Shown: positions 7,298 to 17,500, counted from the first letter of the stretch. The stretch: 64,000 nucleotides of DNA from Candidatus Cloacimonadota bacterium (GCA_029564175.1 JAKQQL010000474.1:1-64000), one strand, 5' to 3'. The notes: generated by a model from the sequence alone, not told the origin. Numbers and translations are program-made.

Positions 7298-8032
7298 TTA
7301 TTCCAATCTCTTGTCTATAACGAAACAAATAGCATCAACAAATTTCTGTGATGATTTGATAGTAAATTTCTTTTGGGAAGAAATATCTATAACACAAAGA
7401 TCAATCTTTTTTTCCTGACATAACTGTTGTTTTTTAAAGTCTTTGCCTAAAATATTTTGGAATTTAGAATCTCGTTCTTCATCAGATTTTCCGAATACTG
7501 GTTGATAATGAAAAATACCATTCAGTTCAAATGCTAAGTTAAGTGATGGAATATAAATATCTAATTCTAGTCCATCTAAAGTTTCTCTGTCGTTATACTC
7601 AATATTTAGATTTGTATATTTTTCTTCGAGAACATTTTGTAGATAAGTTTCAAGTTTGCTTCTTCTATATCCAGATATTTTGTGAGTATTGTTATATTTG
7701 GCGGCACAAGAACTAGAGCAGAAATTATTTCCTGATTTTGATTTTTTAATCTGGCTTAAAAGTTTTTTACATTCTTTTCCACATTGGGTGCATTTAACAA
7801 TTTGAGTTTTATTTTTGGTTTGAAATTCTTTACGACATTCAGAGGAACAAAACATGTTTTCACGGTTCTTTCTAAGAAATACATGTATTTTTATTTTTGA
7901 TCTGTAAAATGTTTCACCACAATTGAAACATTTAATAGGAAATTCTTCTTTATATGAAGAATCATAATATTCCCATTCTGAAAAAAGAAATTGTTCATTA
8001 TTCATAAAATGTTTACACATTTTAAAAATCAC
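7298..8032 (-). CDS. putative homing endonuclease, paralog of 1756-2505
   Basis: same Zn-finger plus ELDIYIPSLNLAFELNG architecture. Confidence 0.8.
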   Translation of the reverse strand: MIFKMCKHFMNNEQFLFSEWEYYDSSYKEEFPIKCFNCGETFYRSKIKIHVFLRKNRENMFCSSECRKEFQTKNKTQIVKCTQCGKECKKLLSQIKKSKSGNNFCSSSCAAKYNNTHKISGYRRSKLETYLQNVLEEKYTNLNIEYNDRETLDGLELDIYIPSLNLAFELNGIFHYQPVFGKSDEERDSKFQNILGKDFKKQQLCQEKKIDLCVIDISSQKKFTIKSSQKFVDAICFVIDKRLE

Positions 8033-8078
8033 TCCTTAATAGTTTGGTGGTTCTACTATTAAGTTTGGAATTTTTATT

Positions 8079-8098
8079 TTCGAATTCCATCAGGGCCA
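8079..8098 (+). repeat. duplicated 3' end of tRNA-Leu(TAA)
   Basis: TTCGAATTCCATCAGGGCCA identical to 7205-7224. Confidence 0.95.
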
Positions 8099-8167
8099 AC
8101 CTTTCACAGAAGAAGCCTTTACGTGGCGAAAGGTATAAGTAATCCTATCAGGATGATTAATCCTTTG
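8099..8167 (+). ncRNA. decayed HDV-like (theta) ribozyme
   Basis: P1 ACCTTTC/GAAAGGT, GCC-TTTACGT-GGC, but J4/2 reads TTAA (catalytic C replaced) and P2 has mismatches. Confidence 0.75.
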
Positions 8168-8253
8168 GGATGAAACCAATTCTCTTAAATTAAGAATGAA
8201 AGGAGATAAATCATAATGGATAATAGTCCGCCGTGGTATTCCTTTTTTCATAT

Positions 8254-8323
8254 CGCTCTTTAGTTTAATGATAAAACACATCTTTCATAAGGATGAATTT
8301 TCGGATTCCGAAAAGAGCGACCA
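8254..8323 (+). tRNA. tRNA-Met/Ile2(CAT) with shrunken T-loop, possibly pseudo
   Basis: CGCTCTT/AAGAGCG-ACCA; CATCT-TTCATAA-GGATG; T-loop only 3 nt. Confidence 0.6.
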
Positions 8324-8538
8324 TTTACCGGATTTGACCAACTTAAATCTTTAACACTGCAAAAACCAACGGGGGTTGAAGTGCGGAAAAGTCAAATATA
8401 AAATGAAATTCCTAAATGACGATTTAGGATACTTTCACTTCTATAATGGATGAGTAGAGAAGCCGTTTGTTGGTTTTGCCGCTTCCACAAGAGTTTCATT
8501 ACAGGAGTAGGGGCAATTACCCTTCCGGTATTTTTAAT

Positions 8539-8612
8539 GGCTCTGTAGCCCAAAGCAGAGGCAACAGTCTCAAACACTGTCAAGTATCGGGTCGAACCGA
8601 TCAGAGCCACCA
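8539..8612 (+). tRNA. tRNA-Leu(CAA), short variable arm
   Basis: GGCTCTG/CAGAGCC-ACCA; ACAGT-CTCAAAC-ACTGT; T-loop GTCGAA. Confidence 0.75.
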
Positions 8613-8643
8613 ATACCAATAAAAATCACATAATGGAGGAATC

Positions 8644-9018
8644 GTGATGAAAGCTGTTCAAATCAATAAAGACTGGTGGTTTGTCCCGGAACGAGGTGGA
8701 AAGTTTTTCTGGAGCAATGATTCTGGCTATGTGTATGTTGAAGCTGGTGGAGATAAAGGTTTGACAATTGGAAGGATTGAAGACTTCGAAGAATTTCTAA
8801 TTAAATGTGGATATACTCTTGTTCGATCCCAAGAAGATTCCTTTCAAACTAAAAAAATGTTGGTCGATGAAACTGGAATTTATTATCGTGAAGAAGATAT
8901 TAATTCTGATAAGAAACATATTGGTTATTATTATAATAGATTTGGAGATCAACAGTTTGTTCCTCGCACTTCCATTTTTGGTCAATCTTTGATTAAAATG
9001 GTTAAAAATAATAAATAA
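8644..9018 (+). CDS. hypothetical protein
   Basis: GGAGGA RBS; 124 aa. Confidence 0.75.
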   Translation: MMKAVQINKDWWFVPERGGKFFWSNDSGYVYVEAGGDKGLTIGRIEDFEEFLIKCGYTLVRSQEDSFQTKKMLVDETGIYYREEDINSDKKHIGYYYNRFGDQQFVPRTSIFGQSLIKMVKNNK

Positions 9019-9027
9019 TTTTTAAAA

Positions 9028-9105
9028 GGCCAACTGACCGAGCTATTGAACGGCGATGACTGCAAATCATTTGTTTGTAGGGTGAAATTCCCTAAGTTGG
9101 CTCCA
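9028..9105 (+). tRNA. tRNA-Cys(GCA), atypical
   Basis: GATGA-CTGCAAA-TCATT; GCCAACT/AGTTGGC-TCCA; T-loop TGAAATT. Confidence 0.75.
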
Positions 9106-9107
9106 TT

Positions 9108-9158
9108 GCCTTTATAGCTCAAGTGGTAGAGCAGTTGTCTTGTAAACCATAGGTTTCG
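9108..9158 (+). pseudogene. truncated tRNA-Thr(TGT)
   Basis: diverged copy of 3535-3585. Confidence 0.65.
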
Positions 9159-9163
9159 TTTAT

Positions 9164-9238
9164 GCCGAATTAGTATATCAGCTATTATTCCTGTTTTGTA
9201 ATCAGGAGAAAGCCGGGCAGCACGGCTATTCGGCTCCA
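9164..9238 (+). tRNA. tRNA-Thr(TGT), atypical; second copy
   Basis: near-identical to 3590-3664; T-loop GGCAGCA. Confidence 0.75.
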
Positions 9239-9328
9239 ATGTGGGAAGATCACGGATGCAGATAATAGGCGTGGTCAAGAATTGGTGTGGTGGCGGGTTC
9301 TGCCAATTCACTTATTATATCTTTTTAT

Positions 9329-9590
9329 ATTTTCCGAGCGAGTTTAATAAATAATTGATTTAATATTAAGACATTCAATATATTGAATGGGTTCCAAACA
9401 AAAAATTAATTGATATTAAATCATTAAAATTGTTTGTTAAATTCAAAAGATTCAAAAGCTTCAAAAGCAACTGGAATTGGCTTAACGCCTGACCAGATAA
9501 AGGGCATTTTGGTGTTCCCATTAAAAATAAGGGTTTCCTAAAGAAACCAAACTTTTTAAGAATCTCATTCCTTTAGGATGAGAGTATCAA
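9329..9590 (+). mobile_element. non-autonomous IS200/IS605-type element (copy 2, left hairpin lost)
   Basis: right part nearly identical to 12940-13066; ends GAGAGTATCAA. Confidence 0.7.
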
Positions 9591-9706
9591 TCTTTTCATT
9601 CATGTCCTGATAGTTCTGGCCGACGAGGCAGGGCAAGGGAGAACATAAACAATCCAAAAGGTTTTAAAATGGCCAGACCTTTTTGTATATACGTTTCCCT
9701 TTTATT

Positions 9707-9743
9707 CCCGTAGGATTGTGTCCGTCCTACGGGTTTTCTTTTT
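9707..9743 (+). terminator. intrinsic terminator
   Basis: CCCGTAGGA/TCCTACGGG stem followed by a T-rich tract. Confidence 0.8.
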
Positions 9744-10019
9744 ATCATTGTATTTAAAATGGGTTCTAATAAAAATATGGTAAAAAGTTTTTTGACGTCG
9801 AAATGCTCCGGGTGGGAGAGTTAGGAGTATCAAAATTCAAAATCCTTATTTTTATTGAGCACGTTATTCTTTAATGATTTCGTTAAAGTATAGGAAAAAT
9901 ATAGATCAAACATTATTTTTCATTTCATCCACCCCATGCCCAATTGGGTATCCGAAATTCAAATCCCTTATTTTATCTAAGTTAATTTTAAATATAATAA
10001 ATTTCAAAAGAAAGTGAAT

Positions 10020-10514
10020 ATGATGAAGAAATTTATAAAAATTATGCCAAGAATGGTAATTGAAAATATTGATTTTAATAAACTATCAAAGGATGATCTT
10101 GAATCACTTTTGATTATTTCAATAACAACTCCCGGTGATCCGATGGCAAGTTTCAAGAATCTGGATGGTGTGCCAGTTCTACATCTCTAGTTTGATGATC
10201 TTAAAGAGAAGGACAATTTAGAGCAGGTTATTTCCTTTTATTTGGAGAGGATGGGTAGAAGACCCGTCTTTTTTGGATGGGAGATAGCCGAGAGAATTGT
10301 TTCCTTTGTTCTGAAATTCAAGGACAAATCAATTATTTTAATTCATTGTGATGCCGGAATTTCTAGATCAGCTGCTGTTGCCAAGGCATTGTCCTTGTGG
10401 TATCATAAAGATGGTTCGAGATTCGACAATCTCTATTTGCCAAATCCAATGATTTTTAAAATTATGAATCAAACAATTGAAAGGATGGATAAAAATGAAG
10501 AATCAAAACATTGA
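10020..10514 (+). pseudogene. protein-tyrosine-phosphatase-like gene with one in-frame TAG
   Basis: continuous frame from ATG 10020; LHL*FDD with TAG at 10188; HCDAGISRS catalytic motif. Confidence 0.75.
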
Positions 10515-10689
10515 AATTTTCTTTTCTAGGAAGTGTTCAAAGACGGGACATGTAAAAACTGTTTATTCTTATAATGAAATGATATATCAGGTCATTTATG
10601 ATGAAGTCAAGGGAATGATTTCTTTTGGGAAGTATCTTCCAAAAGAAGATAGGGAACAACTTGGGATTCCCGATGTTGTTCATTTTTAA
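10477..10689 (+). CDS. hypothetical protein
   Basis: short ORF overlapping the upstream gene end. Confidence 0.55.
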   Translation: MKGWIKMKNQNIEIFFSRKCSKTGHVKTVYSYNEMIYQVIYDEVKGMISFGKYLPKEDREQLGIPDVVHF

Positions 10690-10763
10690 ATAGAAGTATT
10701 GAATATAATGTTAAATTTTGATTTAATTGAAGAATTAAATAGATTTATGTTTGACATTTTAAA

Positions 10764-11015
10764 TTGTCCATCAGATACCCTACAAACGAAGAAGATCATG
10801 AATTAGTTAGAAATTCCTCTTCTCCTAGTGAAGCTAAACAACTAGGAAGATATATTAAATTAAGAAAAGATTGGGATTTAATAAAAGATCGTATAATGGA
10901 AAAAGGTATTCGAGCTAAATTTGAACAAAATAGGGGATTAAAAAAAGAATTCTTTGAAGTTAAAATTAAATCTCACACAGATAAATGGAGTGATAATTCA
11001 GATGTCATCAGTTAA
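10764..11015 (+). pseudogene. NADAR/YbiA-family fragment
   Basis: SPSEAKQLGR...LRKDWDLIKDRIM...AKFEQN; both ends missing. Confidence 0.7.
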
Positions 11016-11670
11016 AACAATTGTATTACATGGATTGTTCTCATATCCATCGTTATTCCAAACACCGGAAGATGTTTTATCTCATGTATTTTCAGTTATT
11101 GGAAATGCATATCAATGGAATGATAAGGGCGAAGTAGAAAGTGAGGACATAACGATCAGTGATGATATCGACGTGTTATATAATGACGGTTTAACGAAAT
11201 TAGAAATTGATAGACTGCAAACACTTGTTGATGTACATTCATTATTAAAGCAGGGAATCATACCAATAGATTCACCAAAGCATAAATCTGCTTTAAGAAT
11301 AGTTAATCTTAGATATGATATGTATAGAGAACAGATAAATATGTATAGACGAGCGTCTGATAGGATGTTTGGTGAACACGGAGAATATACCATATTTGAT
11401 CGGGTGTATAAGATGCAGTATACGGCATATAATATGTATCCATGTTGCACAGATTATGCATTAATGTTTAATATACCGCCTAACATATCTATTGATTGGG
11501 CTCTCACATGTAGTGACTGGATGACTTCTGTAATGTATAGTATTATGCAGAATAATGATTTTATTGAAACTATGCAAGAGAAAAACCAAAGGTACTTGGA
11601 ACATATTCCTGGCGCGTTAAATAAATGTCGTATAAAGATAGAGGAACAACTAACTGAAAGGACGAAATGA
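10954..11670 (+). CDS. hypothetical protein (start probably MSSVK near 11002)
   Basis: long ORF; GGAG upstream of the internal ATG. Confidence 0.75.
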   Translation: MKLKLNLTQINGVIIQMSSVKTIVLHGLFSYPSLFQTPEDVLSHVFSVIGNAYQWNDKGEVESEDITISDDIDVLYNDGLTKLEIDRLQTLVDVHSLLKQGIIPIDSPKHKSALRIVNLRYDMYREQINMYRRASDRMFGEHGEYTIFDRVYKMQYTAYNMYPCCTDYALMFNIPPNISIDWALTCSDWMTSVMYSIMQNNDFIETMQEKNQRYLEHIPGALNKCRIKIEEQLTERTK

Positions 11671-11985
11671 TTAAACCAGAAGCCTTTCTTATGGATGAAC
11701 ATATAATGAAAAATATCGTGCAAAATATCTTGATTCAATTTCTCAAGAATTGCAAACACTAAAAGGTGAAATATATTTTAAAAATGCTAAAGAAATATCG
11801 ATTCGACTGCATAATTGTTTGAGAAATATAATCTTTTTGATATTTTGTTGGCGGTCAATTGTGAATTGGTCAAAGACGGATGAAGTCTTATCGTATCGGA
11901 GGAAGAATGATTTAATGATCAAAGTGCAATGCAAACAAACTATATTCTCAAAGTTGCAACACCACTAAAGAGGGAGATTGATTAA

Positions 11986-12702
11986 ATGAAAGTTGTTATT
12001 ATTGGAATGACAATGCCTGTGATTTATGATGAGATAGAAGATATTATTGAAGCTGATCTTTCAATGGATATCACTGATTTGGTTGCTGGTGCGGCGAATG
12101 TTTGTTATAATCCAATTGAGATTGGACAAATCTTTGAGAATCTTACTTCTGAAAAGAGAGCCAAATTAATTGATAGAACATTGAATGATAGGCACATGTC
12201 AATTTATGAACATGTCTCTTTCAATTTTGCCATTAGTGGTGTCAGTAGAGCACTCTTGGCACAACTGACAAGACATAGAATAGCCAGTTTTTCTGTTCAG
12301 AGTCAACGGTATTGTAAACTATCAGAACCTGATTATATCACTCCTGATTCCATTATGAATCATCCAGAAGCATTGTCAGAATATGATGGTTTGATGGAAT
12401 TGATTTGGGAAACCTATAATCAGTTAGTTGATTCTGGTATTCCAAAGGAGGATGCTAGAATGGTTCTCCCGAATGCTTGCACCACTCAATTGATTATGAC
12501 GATGAATATTAGGGAGTTATTTCATTTTTTTAAACTTCGGATGTGTAAACATGCTCAGTGGGAGATTCAAGAATTGGCAACCCGAATTTTTGAACAGGTT
12601 GAAATAACGGCACCTCATATCTTTTCTTATGTCAATAAACAATGTGAACATGAAAAGTGTTATAATGCCTGTGGTGGCTGTGTTATTCGTCAATATGTCT
12701 AA
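11986..12702 (+). CDS. thyX: flavin-dependent thymidylate synthase
   Basis: RHRIASFSVQSQRY motif; EDARMVLP; HAQWEI. Confidence 0.97.
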   Translation: MKVVIIGMTMPVIYDEIEDIIEADLSMDITDLVAGAANVCYNPIEIGQIFENLTSEKRAKLIDRTLNDRHMSIYEHVSFNFAISGVSRALLAQLTRHRIASFSVQSQRYCKLSEPDYITPDSIMNHPEALSEYDGLMELIWETYNQLVDSGIPKEDARMVLPNACTTQLIMTMNIRELFHFFKLRMCKHAQWEIQELATRIFEQVEITAPHIFSYVNKQCEHEKCYNACGGCVIRQYV

Positions 12703-12797
12703 TCTAAAAAGAGTTTAGAAATAAGAAATTAATATGTGAAATTGAGGAAGAAACCTTTACTGATGTTGCTAAAATTTTCTATCTTAAAGAAAATTAT

Positions 12798-13066
12798 AAT
12801 TTTAGCGAACGGGAAAACTACCATCTTTAGGTGGTAGATGAAAGTGAGTTAATTATTTGATATTCAGACTGTCAAACGACAGGGTTTCAAACACACAAAT
12901 TTAATAAATATCAAATAATAATTAATTCACATCCTAATAAAGCAACTGGAATTGGCTTAACGCCTGACCAGATAAAGGGTATTTTGGTATACCCATTGAA
13001 AATAAGGGTTTCGTAAACGAAACCAAACTTTTCAAGAATCTCATTCCTTTAGGATGAGAGTATCAA
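12798..13066 (+). mobile_element. non-autonomous IS200/IS605-type element (copy 3, most complete)
   Basis: TTAT target; both subterminal hairpins; TCAA right end. Confidence 0.8.
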
Positions 13067-13112
13067 TGCCAAAAATAGATGAATTCAGTAAATAAGAAAG
13101 GTATGATATGAA

Positions 13113-13298
13113 ATGGCAGTAATTCAAAAGTGTAAGAATGCTGAAAATGGAACATGTAAGAGTCAGTATCAAGATGATAAGTATGGAAAGAATATGAGAG
13201 TTTTTAATGATGGAGTAAAAGAATTTCATTGCACTGTTTGTGGTGCTTCTGGTGGTTCTATTGGAAATGCTTCAACGAAGGCTTCTGAAAAGAAATAA
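13113..13298 (+). CDS. small Cys-containing (zinc-ribbon-like) protein
   Basis: C..C...YQDDKYGKNMRVFN...CTVCG. Confidence 0.75.
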   Translation: MAVIQKCKNAENGTCKSQYQDDKYGKNMRVFNDGVKEFHCTVCGASGGSIGNASTKASEKK

Positions 13299-13311
13299 TT
13301 GATCGTATAAA

Positions 13312-13360
13312 TTAAGCCGTATGGAAAGCCGAGAGGCAACTATACGGCTTAAACTTTTTT
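13312..13360 (+). terminator. intrinsic terminator / hairpin
   Basis: TTAAGCCGTAT/ATACGGCTTAA followed by Ts. Confidence 0.7.
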
Positions 13361-13376
13361 AAAGGGTGATAAATAA

Positions 13377-14192
13377 ATGAAGAAAGTTGTAGATTTGAAT
13401 TTCTTGACTTGTCCAAAAGAAGAATTGGAATTGCCAAGTAAAGGCAAGTTTTATAAAGAAATGACATATAACAATATTCCAACGGGATTGGAAAAAGGTG
13501 TGATTCACATAAGACCTCTTTCTACAAAAGAAGAAAGAAATATGGAAAGAATTAACTCAACTAATTTCTATAATATTTGGGCTGAAATAATTGCTTCCGT
13601 CACGGCAGAACAATTTGATCCTATGGATTTGACAATTTCTGATTTGTTTTATCTTATTTATTGGCTTCGTGCTAGAACATTTGGCCCTACTTATGAGATT
13701 AAAGCCGAATGTCCTAATTGTGGTGAAGAATATAATGATAGGGTAAATATTCCCGATTTTGGAACTGTTTATCTTGAAGATGATATTATTGAACCATTTG
13801 AATTGACCATGCCAAATTCTGGCGTCAGGGTCATTTTTAGATATCCAAGGGTCAAAGATTTGGTGGATGCATCCAAGAGAAACTATTCCGAGAAAAAGAA
13901 AAAGGGTGTCAAAATATCGCCAACAATTTACCAGAAGGTTCTTTGCACTCAAGAAATGGTTTTGCCAGATTCTACGGTTCTGACAAATGAAGAAGATTCA
14001 GAATTGATGATTGATATTTATTCTCGTATGCAAGCAGCTGATACTATGATGATTGATGAAGAATATGCCAAGTATGATCATGGATTGCTTGAACCTGTTA
14101 TGAAGACGTGTCCAATGTGTGAAACTGTTTATGAACAGTTTCCAGTGATTTCCCCAGACTTTTTTCGCCCGAATTTTAGAAAGCCCAGATAA
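13377..14192 (+). CDS. T4 gp26/gp51-like baseplate hub assembly / tail chaperone
   Basis: LELPSKGKFY; L...D..YL...LR..T.G; CPNCG and CPMC; ends PDFFRP; upstream of the tape measure gene. Confidence 0.8.
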   Translation: MKKVVDLNFLTCPKEELELPSKGKFYKEMTYNNIPTGLEKGVIHIRPLSTKEERNMERINSTNFYNIWAEIIASVTAEQFDPMDLTISDLFYLIYWLRARTFGPTYEIKAECPNCGEEYNDRVNIPDFGTVYLEDDIIEPFELTMPNSGVRVIFRYPRVKDLVDASKRNYSEKKKKGVKISPTIYQKVLCTQEMVLPDSTVLTNEEDSELMIDIYSRMQAADTMMIDEEYAKYDHGLLEPVMKTCPMCETVYEQFPVISPDFFRPNFRKPR

Positions 14193-14415
14193 TGCAAAAT
14201 TATTAAAAATATTTTATAGTTTCTTAACACCTTATGAACCAACTTCAATTGCTAATTCAATAAGATCAGAAATATTGTTTCTTTCAAAGTTTGGTCATTT
14301 TGATGCTTTTCACATCTATTCAATGACACCACAAGATCGAAGATATTATATTGAAGAATTGAAAAGAATGTTGGATAAATCAGGTGGTCAAAATATTGAA
14401 GATGTTGATTTATAA
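14149..14415 (+). CDS. start-less +1-frame extension of the chaperone (gp51/GT-like)
   Basis: open frame ...EILFLSKFGHF...IYSMTPQDRRYYIEEL...; no good start codon. Confidence 0.65.
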   Translation, partial: FPQTFFARILESPDNAKLLKIFYSFLTPYEPTSIANSIRSEILFLSKFGHFDAFHIYSMTPQDRRYYIEELKRMLDKSGGQNIEDVDL

Positions 14416-14446
14416 AATAGAGCCTGAAAATAGGCTCTATTTTTTT
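14414..14446 (+). terminator. intrinsic terminator
   Basis: AAAATAGAGCCT/AGGCTCTATTTT followed by Ts. Confidence 0.85.
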
Positions 14447-14500
14447 ATCTTCAAGAAATTAACATAGATAATATCCTCATGTCATAAAAGAGGGGTTTAA

Positions 14501-17500
14501 ATGGATAAGAAAAATATTCGTAAGGAAGATTTGGAACTTCTTCAATCTATGATGGGAAATAAAAAGAAAGAGCCTTTGCAATACAAGGTTGGTGGCAAAA
14601 AAGGTAATGAAAATGAAAAGATTGGAAAAGATGTTGATACTTCCAAATTATTGTCATTTATTGAAAAAACATTGACCAAAGATTTGGTTAAAAAGTTTAA
14701 AAAATTAGGAATTGAAACGAATAAAACATACGAAGAATCAATTGAACAAATGGAACTTCTTTTAGAAACGATGGATGAATTATTTTCCATTTCTAAAAAA
14801 GGAGCTCCACAATTGGCTTCTGCAGTGGCTTCTCTTGGAAAAGCTCAGAATCAATTAATTCAAAGTGTTGAACAAACTTCCAATTCTTTTAAGAACATGC
14901 CAAAATCAATTGGTTCTAGTATTGATATGATTACGAATTCTGTCGGAAAACTTGGCAAGAATTTGAACAACATGAAAAAGAATGCCATTGAATCTTTTGA
15001 TACTGCTGTTTCAAATAGTATGAATGCATTGGTTCGTGGAACAAAGAATCTTGCCATGGCAATTCCTGGCGTTAGAATGTTTATTGATATTTCAAAATCC
15101 ATTGGTGGAATCTTTCAAAAAATAGGAACAAGTGTTCAAATATTTTCAGGAATGTTTCTTAAATTTGGAAGCAGTCTTTCAAATGGTATTAAGAGTATTG
15201 GAAAATTATTTGGTTTTGGTGGAAAGAAAGATGGAATTGAAAAGCCTGGATTAACAAATGCTACTCCAAAATCATTAAGTGAACAATTCGTATTAAGAAA
15301 AACAGAAGTCGGTATGTCAATTTTCTGGTTGTGGAAACAAATGGAAGATCAAGGAAGGAAAAAGGAAAAAGGATTTCTTGCTAGTTTATTAGATAATCCT
15401 TTTATGTTGGCAATTGCTGCTATTGCTGGAGCCATATGGGGATTTGCTTTAGGTGCCATCAAATATATTAGAACAATGGGAATGATTCTTAAAGGAATGG
15501 GAATTGTAGATTTATTTCTGTGGCCATTTAAAATAATTAAAAACATTTTTATTTCAACTGTTGAGATTCTTAAAGGAACAGAATGGGGTCAAAAGATAAT
15601 TGGTTTCTTTAAGAATATTGGAATTACATTTATGGATAAGTTTGATGATGTTGCCAAAGTTATTAAGAATTTTAAATTGGCAGATAAATTTCCTTTTGTT
15701 GGAAAGATTATGGAAATTGTTAAAGGATTATTTGGGCCAGTCTTTAAAATTTTTAAAGGATTAGGTAATGGCATTTTTAAACTCATTGGTGGAATTGGTA
15801 AAATTTTTAGTGGTGGTGTAGGATTATTTGGTAAAGTTTTCAAAACATTTGCTAGATTTGGTGGAGCCGTCTTTAAGGTTATTGCTTGGCCAATTACTGT
15901 TATTATGGGATTGATGGATTTCTTTACTGGATTTTCAGATGATAAAGCTGCTGAATTGATAGGGAAATCAAAAGAAAATTTGACAATGTTTGATAAAATA
16001 ACTTCTGGTGTTTGTAGTGCTATATCCGGTCTTTTGATTGGATTAATTTCACCAGAAGAAATTTACAATGGATTCAAAAGAGTTTATGATTTTATTGCAG
16101 GATTCTTTGGTATTTTTGGTAATGTCTTGGATTTCTTTGCTGGTAAGATATCTTTTACTGAAATGATTGAAAAAATGGGCAATAACATTAAAAAGATGTG
16201 GGATGCTTTTTCTGGTGCTATTTCATTTATATTTAATAAGGTCGGTAGCTGGTTGGAAACAATTGCAGGATGGTTGGGTTTTGGCCCTGAATGGAATTCA
16301 TTTATTACAAGTATTAAAAGTGCTTGGGATTCAACCGTCGGTGTTATAACAGGCCTTTTTGATTGGATAGTTAATGCTTTCAATTGGATTACAAATTGGT
16401 TTACTGGTGAAATGAATAATTTAAAAGCTGAAGAACAAATTACAAAAACAACTCTACAAGCTAAACAAGGGAAAGATGGAACATATAATCTCAGAGATGC
16501 TGAAGAAGGTAAAGCTTTTGGCATTGGTGATCAACGATTTATAAAAAGAAATAATGAAATATTTAGAATGGAAGCCTATGAAGTCAATCTTGGCAAAGGT
16601 GATAAAGAAACAAGATGGACAGAACAATCAACGGGTCTTAAAGTAGACGAACTTGGAAATTTGATAAATGAACAAGGTGTAAAACAATTAGACATTTCTA
16701 AAGCTACAGAAGAAAATATGGCTGATTTATTGTATCATGCTACAGAAAAGAATTCAATTTATACACATGATACTCATATGGAAGAATTATTAAATATCAT
16801 GATTAAGAATCAACAAGAAGATTTACAATTACAATATGAGTCTCAAAAATGGAATGAAGAAAACTTACCATCTTTACTTGGTGCACCAAATATCAATGTT
16901 GCTGTTGGTGGGCCAAATAGTAGCCAAATCAGCACTGTTCCTACTGGCAATGTCAATGTTGGAGATGGTTCTGCTTTGGGTGCTGTCATCGCTAATGAAG
17001 GTTGGTATGGTTCTGTTAATAAAAATGATAATGGTAAAGGTGCTTCTATTGGTAAATTGCAATGGAACAGTGGAAGGGCTAGAGACATTCTTTTACGTGT
17101 TAGGGAAGCTGATAGGGCTAAATTTGATCAAATGTTGCCACAGGTTGCTGCCTCTTTAGCAAATGAACAATTATGGGCTAGTGGAAAACGTTCTTTTACT
17201 ACGGCTGAAGCTCAAGCATTTAATTCATATATGAAAGATAATACAAAAGCTCAAGCTATTATGGATGCAAAGGCCAGAGAAGATTTTGCTGGTTATATTC
17301 AAACAGGTCAAAGACGTGGCATTACTGATGAAAAGGCACTTGCCTTTTATGCAGACCTTGCTAATCAATATGGTCATGGTAAAGAAGGTGGCACAAAGGG
17401 TGCAATTCAATTTATCAATAAAGCTCGTAGAATGCCTGGCGGGTTGACATTAGAAAATCTTTATGAAGCCACAAGAGGAACAGAAACAGAATATTTCAAG

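Noticed and set aside
8350..8395. Twister ribozyme (TAACACTGC start)
   Set aside because: The remaining conserved twister loop and pseudoknot elements could not be found.
8539..8612. tRNA-Sec or opal suppressor (TCA)
   Set aside because: The 7-nt loop CTCAAAC centres on CAA; there is no long arm or extended acceptor.
11750..11968. 72-aa ORF upstream of thyX
   Set aside because: TTG start, no RBS and no recognisable motif; probably a decayed gene remnant.
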